From an uncultured virus (IMG/VR IMGVR_UViG_3300010885_088079) (lineage: Duplodnaviria > Heunggongvirae > Uroviricota > Caudoviricetes): a stretch of 64,000 nt of DNA. Within the stretch, counting starts at the first letter, position 1; every line of letters begins with the position of its first letter. The position numbers were made by a program, and so were the translations under genes. The stretch is from the IMG/VR virus record IMGVR_UViG_3300010885_088079; one strand, 5' to 3'. The notes beneath the pieces were generated by a model. It was given only the letters and a program-made list of their open reading frames with translations, searched no databases and was not told the origin of the DNA. Shown here piece after piece: positions 38,194 through 45,513 of this stretch.

Positions 38194-38322
38194 ATGAAAA
38201 CATTTAATCAATGGCTTTTAGAAAACCAATTAAATCAAAATCATTTTGATCAATCGTTTTACACAATTAATGGAAGTAACTACTCAATAACAGTTAATCA
38301 GGATCTGGGATGTCGCTTATAA
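38194..38322 (+). CDS. 42-aa ORF with capsid-targeting-like N-terminus (not in the ORF track)
   Basis: MKTFNQWLLENQ... directly after ATAGATAA. Confidence 0.5.
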   Translation: MKTFNQWLLENQLNQNHFDQSFYTINGSNYSITVNQDLGCRL

Positions 38323-38353
38323 CTTTTCCTAAACAACTGTCTAAACATTTAAC

Positions 38354-38390
38354 AAAAAAAGGGAGGACCACTTTTTAGTAGTCCTCCCTT
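38354..38390 (-). terminator. intrinsic terminator of tmRNA
   Basis: GGGAGGAC/GTCCTCCC stem followed by T7 on the minus strand. Confidence 0.85.
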
Positions 38391-38393
38391 TAG

Positions 38394-38742
38394 TGGAGTC
38401 GAGGGGAGTCGAACCCCTGTCCGTAAGCGTACTTGATATGGCTTCTACACGTTTGTTTCATTGTTCATAAGACTTCATTGACCACAATGAACAAAGGTCT
38501 TTGAGTCTTTCGGCCTATTTTCTCATACCAAACTAAGCCGACCAGTTTGATACCAGCAGGATTTTGCGACGAATCTTTGGACGCTTCCCGCGTGGCTTCC
38601 TAGATTCGTGGATACCTTCTCAGGCAGCCATTGCGTAAGAAACTTCGCCAGTTAAGGCTTTAGTCGATTTTTACGAGGCCATCGACCAACCTCGACGTGC
38701 CACCAATACCTCCTATCACTACGTCGATACCTTTACGACCCC
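38394..38742 (-). ncRNA. ssrA: tmRNA (one-piece); tag (A)GEVSYAMAA at 38649-38620
   Basis: 5' GGGGTCG pairs with 3' CGACTCC-A with a G3:U wobble; T-arm AGGGGTTCGACTCCCCT; tag ORF after TAACT ending in AA-stop; TGCTATAAT upstream. Confidence 0.95.
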
Positions 38743-38824
38743 ATTAATAGCATTATAGCACACAAATTAGGGCTCGTAAAATTGAATTTAGCACCATATA
38801 TATCACAAAAGGAGAAAAATCCCC

Positions 38825-40252
38825 ATGTTCAAAAGTTTTCAAGAATACATTGATCAAAACAAAAAGCTAGTAGAAAAGCCAAAAGTTGCAAAAGTAGCAG
38901 ACTTTGAAGGGAAACAACCCAGAAAACCAGAAAAGGAATCCTTGAAGAAAACCGATTGCGGTTGCTCAAGTGGTGGAAAAGGACAAGTTGGGGATGCAAG
39001 TCCTTATTCAAACGGTGAGAACGCAAAGGATCCAAACAAAGAAGACAAAAACGGATTGGTTTACAAAGGCGACCAAAAACTAGTTTACCAACCAAATGTA
39101 GATGAAAAATCAAAAGAAACAAGAACATGGCCCAAAACAGGCGTATCAGAATGGGTAAAAGATACAAAGAACCTATCAATAGCAGAACTTGCAAAAAGAA
39201 TGAAGAAAGAAAGCAATTGCTCAGAAGGTGTACACGAAGCAGCAAAAAAACTAGTTGAAGCATGTCAGTGCAATAAAAAGAACCTACTCACATTTGTAAG
39301 AGAAGCTAAAAGAGGAAAGATACTAGAAGGATTGATGAAGGAAGTTTTCAACACTCCAGAATCATACGACATACTTTCTAAGCTAATTGAAAGTAAGAAC
39401 TACTCAACAAATTTTGACAAAATGTTTAACGAAATGGTCGCTGAGCCTGTTGGTTTAGAAGATGAGGAAGGAATGGGCGATGAAGAAGGCCACAAAGACC
39501 ATGATCATGAAGGAGATGAAGATTACGAAAACGAAGACGGAGACATGGAAGACGAAGAAGGTGAAGATCACGATCATGAAGACATGGACGACGATGAAGA
39601 CCATGACCATGAAGACATGGAAGAAATGGGCGACGAAGAAGGTGAAGACCACGACCATGACCATGAAGACCATGAAGACATGGAAGATGAAGAAGGCCAT
39701 GATGACATGGACATGGGAGACGAAGAAGACCATGAAGGAGCAGGAATGGGAATGGGCATGAACATGGGACCAAATAGCAATGAAAACCCATTTCTACCAA
39801 AAGAAGCAACATGGCACCCTAGAATGATGGCATCACTAGGGAGTGTAGATGCTCCAGAAAGTGCAAGAGAAAGACTAACATCAATGAGAGAGCCATTTTC
39901 GGATGAAGAAAAAAGAACAGATGGAAGACCATACTCAAAGCTTAAGATCCAGCTAGCAGATGCAAAAAAAAGAGTAAAAGAAATAGAAGCAAAAATGGTT
40001 ACACTCGTACAAATGGGGATGGCTGATGACGTGTATGAAGCTAAAAAGTGGACCGATACTAGAGGAACAGTCGGAAAATTCACTGACGGGGGGAGCAGGG
40101 CACGTCGTGCGGCGGTTCGCGGATATTCGAACACACCAGAAGGGGCAAAGGTCCGAGAGCTTGAATCCGAACTACAGAAAGCCAAACAAAAAGTAAAAGA
40201 ACTAGAATCAAAAATGGCTAAATTACTTCAAACGAAAGGAAAAAATGCATAG
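38825..40252 (+). CDS. hypothetical protein with Asp/Glu/His-rich tract and C-terminal coiled coils
   Basis: MFKSFQEYI start; SD AAGGAG; DHDHED repeats. Confidence 0.8.
   Translation: MFKSFQEYIDQNKKLVEKPKVAKVADFEGKQPRKPEKESLKKTDCGCSSGGKGQVGDASPYSNGENAKDPNKEDKNGLVYKGDQKLVYQPNVDEKSKETRTWPKTGVSEWVKDTKNLSIAELAKRMKKESNCSEGVHEAAKKLVEACQCNKKNLLTFVREAKRGKILEGLMKEVFNTPESYDILSKLIESKNYSTNFDKMFNEMVAEPVGLEDEEGMGDEEGHKDHDHEGDEDYENEDGDMEDEEGEDHDHEDMDDDEDHDHEDMEEMGDEEGEDHDHDHEDHEDMEDEEGHDDMDMGDEEDHEGAGMGMGMNMGPNSNENPFLPKEATWHPRMMASLGSVDAPESARERLTSMREPFSDEEKRTDGRPYSKLKIQLADAKKRVKEIEAKMVTLVQMGMADDVYEAKKWTDTRGTVGKFTDGGSRARRAAVRGYSNTPEGAKVRELESELQKAKQKVKELESKMAKLLQTKGKNA
39461..39740 (+). repeat. low-complexity coding repeat (GA[TC]CA[TC]GA.. 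/ EEGEDHDHED)
   Basis: Recurring GAAGAAGGTGAAGA(T/C)CACGA(T/C)CATGA units. Confidence 0.85.
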
Positions 40253-40748
40253 CTATAATTTTTCTTTTAACGAGTGGGTTAAATCTAGAATTCTTCAGGA
40301 AAATTACCAACCAGAGCACACTGGTATACTGAAGGTCAAACCAAATCCAACCCAAATAGTAGAAATACAAAATAAAGTTCTAGAAAAGTTTCCTGACTTG
40401 AAGCCTTTGCCACAAGACAAGCTACATGTAACCATGTTACACCAACAGCTTGCAAAGCCTTTAAAAGGAGCTGTTCTGCCTCCTTTGCAGACAGAAATAA
40501 CTTTTAATCCAAGCCAAATTTATTCAGTAGAAAGAGATGGCAAAAAGTCAGTTTTTGCTGTGGTAGTCGAACAAGAAGCACTTAAAAGATACATGGAAGA
40601 ACTTGCACAGCAGACAAACATTCAAATAGAACCAAATAGAGTCTATCACGTAACCGTGGCCAATTTGACTGGCAATGTAGCCGATAGTGTTGGACACAGT
40701 GAAGACAATCCAATAATGAACGGTGCACAACAAATAAGCTTAGAATAA
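40245..40748 (+). CDS. 2H phosphodiesterase (Acb1/gp57B-like or LigT-like)
   Basis: Two HxT motifs, LHVTM and YHVTV. Confidence 0.8.
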   Translation: MHSYNFSFNEWVKSRILQENYQPEHTGILKVKPNPTQIVEIQNKVLEKFPDLKPLPQDKLHVTMLHQQLAKPLKGAVLPPLQTEITFNPSQIYSVERDGKKSVFAVVVEQEALKRYMEELAQQTNIQIEPNRVYHVTVANLTGNVADSVGHSEDNPIMNGAQQISLE

Positions 40749-40758
40749 CAGATAAAAC

Positions 40759-42525
40759 ATGAAATTAAATGAAAGCCCAGATAACTTTTATATAAATAAT
40801 GAACGTGTAGGGTATACGAGAGAAGACGCAGTATCTTTCATAGCCTTCACAGAAGGATACGTGGTCTATTCAACAGCTGGTGTTGAAGGAGCACGGGCCA
40901 ACAGTTCTAACAGTGGACACGTAGCATTAGCAGAAGCATGGGCCCTTAAGCTTAGACAAGAAAACAATATATCACTTGATGAAGATCAAGAAGATGCTTG
41001 GGAGTTTTACAAAGATCACCTAAAAACAATAGGACAAATGGGTCCTGCGGCAAAGTCTTTAGCAAAAGATTTCCTGTCTGGTGATAAATCTCCTTGGTCT
41101 TATGACGCATCAGAATTAATGTTAAAAGGAAGATTGTGGCGAGGCACAGGAATTACTGCACACAATGCTCCGGAAATGCCAGAAGAGGGCGAAGAAGTCT
41201 ACGAGGAACCACTAACAGATAAGGTAGTTTCTTTCTGGGGACTTTATTCACCCGAACAGCTCAAACCATCATTGGGGCTAATCACAAAATTAATTAAAGC
41301 TTTAGGAGAAGATCCAGAAGAGTTTTATTTTCAACTTGGAAATTCCTTTTATCCATATTCCTCAGTTTCAGCAGGAGTCGAGTCAAAAACTGACTTTGAT
41401 AAAGAGTACAAAGTCGGAAGCTCAATGTACACATATTCAGACTTTGAGAAACTTAGAACGGCAATGCATAGTGCCGGGGCGACCCTAGAAGGAAAACGAG
41501 CAAAAGAAACGTTGTGCAGAATTTTCACCCAAGAATTTGTAGAGGAAAACCCAGAGCTAAGAGGGTTTTTACCATCCAGTGATTGTATAGATATAACATA
41601 CCAAGGAGCGAAAAAAGACGGGTTATATTCTGTCAAACCAGAGATTGAGAGAGGACTCGCACCAACACGAGAACTACTTCGCCGCAAATATGGTGGTGCA
41701 GCAGCTAAAGGACAGATCAAAGGATTCATGCAAGGACGTGGTACAGAACCTGTTCTACCTACAACTTCTGAGCCGGGGCAGACAGCAGGAATGCGTGGTC
41801 GAACCCTTGGCGGATTTCGTGGAAGAACTCAAAAAGAGATAGATGCCGCATGGGACGATTTCATGAGAAAGAGAGAACAAACAAGTCCAGAACAAATAAG
41901 CTTTAAAGAATGGCTCTCTTTTCTAGAATCTTTTTTTTTTGAAGGATTAGAGCTACTAAAAGAAGATCCAAACGAAGTCTCAAGAAACCCTATTACGGGA
42001 AGGCCTAAACTCAAAGCTATAGATTCGTTTGCTGTTACGTTCATATTGTTCAAAGACTACTCAGTTTATGCACCAACTGTGAAAGGTGCATTTCATGATG
42101 ATTTATGTCATTGGTTAGCTTTTAAAGTAATAGCAAACTCATATCCTGGTGGTGAAGAACATCTCACAAACTTTGAAAAAGCGAATCCTTGGACAGGTGC
42201 TGCTAGAGAAGTAGGAAGAATGGGGCCAGGAACAATTAAAACAATAAGAAAAGTAACAGATGAACTTGAATGGACAGACGGTAGAAGTTCATTACTTCGT
42301 GTTAATCCCGAAGTTATTCTAGGTCGCTTATGGTTGGACCACAGAGTTGTTAGTTTCTGGAACTATTGGCCTTATGTTACAAAAGCATCAGAAAGAATAT
42401 TGCAATTTGTATCTATGTTCGATGATCCTAGCAAATTTGAGTACGACATCAGAAATATGCCAGCAACATACGAAGACATAGAAAAAAAGAAACCAGTACC
42501 TTCCTCTAGAAGCGTAGAAGCCTAG
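40759..42525 (+). CDS. probable head-internal protein with internally duplicated domain
   Basis: Two copies of LxE(S/D)P...AV(S/T)FI.F...H..L...GRLW...VVSFW; internal ISFKEWL. Confidence 0.75.
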   Translation: MKLNESPDNFYINNERVGYTREDAVSFIAFTEGYVVYSTAGVEGARANSSNSGHVALAEAWALKLRQENNISLDEDQEDAWEFYKDHLKTIGQMGPAAKSLAKDFLSGDKSPWSYDASELMLKGRLWRGTGITAHNAPEMPEEGEEVYEEPLTDKVVSFWGLYSPEQLKPSLGLITKLIKALGEDPEEFYFQLGNSFYPYSSVSAGVESKTDFDKEYKVGSSMYTYSDFEKLRTAMHSAGATLEGKRAKETLCRIFTQEFVEENPELRGFLPSSDCIDITYQGAKKDGLYSVKPEIERGLAPTRELLRRKYGGAAAKGQIKGFMQGRGTEPVLPTTSEPGQTAGMRGRTLGGFRGRTQKEIDAAWDDFMRKREQTSPEQISFKEWLSFLESFFFEGLELLKEDPNEVSRNPITGRPKLKAIDSFAVTFILFKDYSVYAPTVKGAFHDDLCHWLAFKVIANSYPGGEEHLTNFEKANPWTGAAREVGRMGPGTIKTIRKVTDELEWTDGRSSLLRVNPEVILGRLWLDHRVVSFWNYWPYVTKASERILQFVSMFDDPSKFEYDIRNMPATYEDIEKKKPVPSSRSVEA

Positions 42526-42935
42526 TCTTCTAGTTCGACCTTTCTAACATCCTTGTTTTTAAGAAGTAAATCAATGAGTGATGCTAAACTTTTTCTAGTA
42601 GAAAGCTTTACTTCATAAGTTGAATCGCTCTTTTGCTCAACCGAAACGACATGGTCTCCACCATCTGTTACAATCTTTGAAACTGTGTCAGGGTCTGAGT
42701 TGTTGGCGTGTAAAACAACTGTGACGTTCTGTGTGGACAACTTGTTGTAAGTCATTAATCCACTTATTCCCACAAATAGAATAGCAACAGATAGGTAAGA
42801 AGCAGCTTTTAGCCAGCTTTTTCTTGGGGAAACTATTGTGCCCATATCTACAACCATTCCATCTCCTAAAGAACCGTTTCTTTGGAGCGACTTTAGATAC
42901 TCAGGGAGATCCTCAAGAGGCATTGGGCCTTTCAT
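42522..42935 (-). CDS. membrane protein, hypothetical
   Basis: One TM segment; CATAAATA and AAGGA upstream. Confidence 0.65.
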   Translation of the reverse strand: MKGPMPLEDLPEYLKSLQRNGSLGDGMVVDMGTIVSPRKSWLKAASYLSVAILFVGISGLMTYNKLSTQNVTVVLHANNSDPDTVSKIVTDGGDHVVSVEQKSDSTYEVKLSTRKSLASLIDLLLKNKDVRKVELED

Positions 42936-42982
42936 ATGATCCTTTCTACTTGTTATTTATGAACAAACAACAGTTTTATTTA

Positions 42983-43093
42983 AAATTTACCGAACGGGAA
43001 ATTTATCACAAAATTTGTCAATATTAATTAAAAAATTCCCGTGCAGGAAAATTTAGTAACATCATATTGGAAAAATCCCGTACAGGAAGATTT
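42983..43093. repeat. three imperfect palindromic sites AAAwT(T)mCCG-NN-CRGGAA
   Basis: aaatttaccgaacgggaaattt; aaattcccgtgcaggaaaattt; aaaatcccgtacaggaagattt in an intergenic region. Confidence 0.6.
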
Positions 43094-43302
43094 TATAGCA
43101 ACAAAAAATACATAAAGCTGCTTATCCATGATATTATTGTTATAATTGTAGTAAGTGAAAATACCCAATAAGCATCTACACCATTGTTTAAACGAAATGT
43201 TTTCACTAAAGCAGCAAAAAGAAACAAAGTAGCAATCAAAACAACAAGAGAAACAGAGACCGATAGCACAAAGCTACCAATAATTTTAACTAAAGTAATC
43301 AT
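43093..43302 (-). CDS. small 2-TM membrane protein
   Basis: Hydrophobic 69-aa ORF. Confidence 0.55.
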   Translation of the reverse strand: MITLVKIIGSFVLSVSVSLVVLIATLFLFAALVKTFRLNNGVDAYWVFSLTTIITIISWISSFMYFLLL

Positions 43303-43494
43303 TCAATAAGGCCCTGTGTCTTCTGTTAGCTCGTCATAATGAAGGTTGTTTTCGAAATATTCCTCAGATTGCTCTACAATCTTAGGATAACGAGGCTCCT
43401 GCTCCTTGGGGTAAAAGATATCTATAGTAATAAAGAACATACCCAAGAATGTAACCAGTAATATTGAGCCTACTAAAATAAGACCAGCACTCAT
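43303..43494 (-). CDS. small membrane protein
   Basis: N-terminal TM segment; ATGA overlap. Confidence 0.6.
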   Translation of the reverse strand: MSAGLILVGSILLVTFLGMFFITIDIFYPKEQEPRYPKIVEQSEEYFENNLHYDELTEDTGPY

Positions 43495-43706
43495 TCATCA
43501 CACTCGGAACACAAGCCCATTATTTTAGCCCAAAAAGTGCATTTAGGAGGCTTCTCAATACTCCAACATCCGCAACATTTCTTTTCATCAATATAAGACC
43601 TGTTTGAAGCTTCAACAGACCGCTCAAAAGCTTTGACTACCTCTTCTTCGGTTAAGAGAAGGTCTAGGCACCTATCATCTTTATTAATTGTTGTATGGTA
43701 TAACAT
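43491..43706 (-). CDS. Cys-rich hypothetical protein
   Basis: 71 aa with SD AAGGA. Confidence 0.6.
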   Translation of the reverse strand: MLYHTTINKDDRCLDLLLTEEEVVKAFERSVEASNRSYIDEKKCCGCWSIEKPPKCTFWAKIMGLCSECDE

Positions 43707-43746
43707 GAATTATCCTTTCTAATCTATTAAAGTAAGTTTAAAGCTT

Positions 43747-45153
43747 TTATTGATCGTTAAAAACCTCTTTTGGGGGAAATGGGTCCAAGTTCTTAAACTC
43801 TAAGCAAATAGACCTACCGCCTCTAGCCTCACTCATAAATCTACTAAACAGTAGACCTTCTTTCACAGGGTCAACCGTAGTTATGCCCAAGCAGTAACAA
43901 GTTAAAGCACCCGCTGCAGAGCCTCTAGCAGGCCCTACAGCCTGACTTCCATCTCCCCAGCCCAAAAGACTCCTACAAACTCTTCTGGCTTCGTCGGTCA
44001 TTTTCTTTTGTATAAGGAAGTAGCTAGAAAAACCCTTTCTAGTTATTAAGGAGTATTCTTCTTTAATCCTGCCTAGGTATTCTTTGGTTCTAGGAAGGTT
44101 CTTTTCAGCAAAACCCTTCATTATCTCTTCTTTTAGTATATCATCAGCATCAGGAAGCACAGGCAACTTAAGGCTACGGTCTAATTGAACACCTTTTGCT
44201 TTGTTGCATATGGTAACGGTGTTCTTTTTTGCTTGTTGAAAGAGTTCGTATGGAATCGTGTCGGAATATTCTTCTTGCCACTTTTTATTTAGCTCTTCTT
44301 CGCTCTTCATCCAAAGGTTAGCATCCTGAAGCTCGAAGAAATCTTGCATATTGTCTTCAGCCATAGCTCGCTGAATGTCTTGAACGGTCCTATTTGTTTG
44401 AACCATCAACATAAGCCTCTGGAACTTGCTGTCTTCTTGATTGCAGTAATGACAGTCGTTGGTTAAAATCAAAGGAAGCTTATACTTTTCATGGGCCTTA
44501 ATTATAAAAGCGTCATAGGGTTTTTGTTTCTTAAAGTCTAAGAGCATTATCTCTAAGAAATAATGACTCCTACCAAACATTTCAATATAACGCTCTATAA
44601 CAGCATTAGCGGCGTCTTCACCGTGTCTGTCAAAAGCCCTGCCTACTTCACTGTTATAACAACAGCTAGTAAAGAACAGACCTTCTTTGTGCTTTAAAAG
44701 CTGATCGTAATTGACTCTAGGCTTTCTATAAAAGCCTTTAGTCCATCCCCAGCTGGTTAAGCGAACAAGGTTTTTATAACCAACGTCGCTGTAAGCTATT
44801 GCTAAAAGGTGAGCACTAGCCTTGATGTCCTTTTTTTCTTCTTCGTTTAAATCTGCAGTGAACTTCTGCATATCCTCCAAACAGCTAGACTCTGGCTGGA
44901 GCGGGTTCACATAGAGTTCTGCTGCGAATATATAGGAAAGGGTGTCTTTTCCCTTTTTTTCATTTATTTTTTCGCAAGCACGAATTTGTCTAGGGACCGC
45001 TCCCAGCATACCGTGATCACTCACGGTAAGAAATTTCTGATTTATTTGAGTTGCTCTTTGGGCAAATTCCTCTACCATGCCGAAGCCATCGAGTAATGAA
45101 AAATCCGTATGGAGATGCAAATGTTCAAAGCCAACAATTTCGCAGTTTTTCAT
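43747..45153 (-). CDS. dnaE: DNA polymerase III alpha, N-terminal part (PHP domain to RGS motif)
   Basis: HLHLHTDFSLLDG, SDHG, FYRKPR, TNDCH, GPARGSAAG...LGIT.VDP...LLFSRF; stops before PDID. Confidence 0.95.
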   Translation of the reverse strand: MKNCEIVGFEHLHLHTDFSLLDGFGMVEEFAQRATQINQKFLTVSDHGMLGAVPRQIRACEKINEKKGKDTLSYIFAAELYVNPLQPESSCLEDMQKFTADLNEEEKKDIKASAHLLAIAYSDVGYKNLVRLTSWGWTKGFYRKPRVNYDQLLKHKEGLFFTSCCYNSEVGRAFDRHGEDAANAVIERYIEMFGRSHYFLEIMLLDFKKQKPYDAFIIKAHEKYKLPLILTNDCHYCNQEDSKFQRLMLMVQTNRTVQDIQRAMAEDNMQDFFELQDANLWMKSEEELNKKWQEEYSDTIPYELFQQAKKNTVTICNKAKGVQLDRSLKLPVLPDADDILKEEIMKGFAEKNLPRTKEYLGRIKEEYSLITRKGFSSYFLIQKKMTDEARRVCRSLLGWGDGSQAVGPARGSAAGALTCYCLGITTVDPVKEGLLFSRFMSEARGGRSICLEFKNLDPFPPKEVFNDQ

Positions 45154-45178
45154 TTACTATCTCCCTTCTAGGAAGATC

Positions 45179-45207
45179 ATTTTACTAAAAGAAAGAGCCC
45201 TTGACAA
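45179..45207 (-). promoter_or_regulatory. sigma70-like promoter for dnaE-N, -35 inside the repeat
   Basis: TTGTCA-17nt-TAAAAT, then SD AAGGGAG and ATG 45153. Confidence 0.6.
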
Positions 45208-45513
45208 GAGGCGAGAGCAATCTTATCAAGGGCTTCGGTCTTACCGAACACTGAGCAACATGCTTCTTGTGCAGTTTGTGTTAGAACGCGTAACTTATAA
45301 AAAGCTAAAGTAGTATTCTTTAGAGACTAATACCAATTGTCTAAATTAGTTATAGAAAAGAAAGAGCCCTTGACAAGAGGCGAGAGCAATCTTATCAAGG
45401 GCTTCGGAATTTCCGAACACTGGATCTTATGCTTCTTGTGCAGTTTGTGTAAAAACGCGTAACTTGTAAAAAGCTAAAGTAGTATTCTTTAAAGACTAAT
45501 ACTAATTGTCTAA
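45187..45513 (-). ncRNA. two tandem 158-nt structured repeats (45356-45513 and 45187-45344, period 169); candidate omega/guide RNA array
   Basis: 14 differences in 158 nt by manual alignment; several hairpins; terminal 14-bp stem plus U-tract; the first copy begins at the tnpB-like stop codon. Confidence 0.7.

Noticed and set aside
39943..39952. 10-nt match (TAAGATCCAG) to the variable block region of one repeat
   Set aside because: The match is too short to exceed chance in 64 kb of AT-rich DNA.
38829..40185. Overlapping antisense and alternate-frame ORFs (38829-39263, 39426-39812, 39455-39733, 39462-39761, 39574-40185)
   Set aside because: These are shadow ORFs caused by the biased, low-complexity coding of the 475-aa gene.
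41931..41940. T10 tract as a phase-variation or frameshift site
   Set aside because: The frame is intact through the tract, and homopolymers are common in this AT-rich sequence.
43747..43830. Split N-intein at the end of dnaE-N (..ICLEFKNLDP..)
   Set aside because: It does not resemble intein block A beyond CL, and dnaE-C has no C-intein (HN followed by C/S/T) before PDID.
45187..45513. CRISPR array next to a Cas12f-like gene
   Set aside because: There are only two units of 158 nt with an 11-nt linker. This lacks the 25-45-nt repeat and unique spacer architecture, and no cas1 or cas2 is present.
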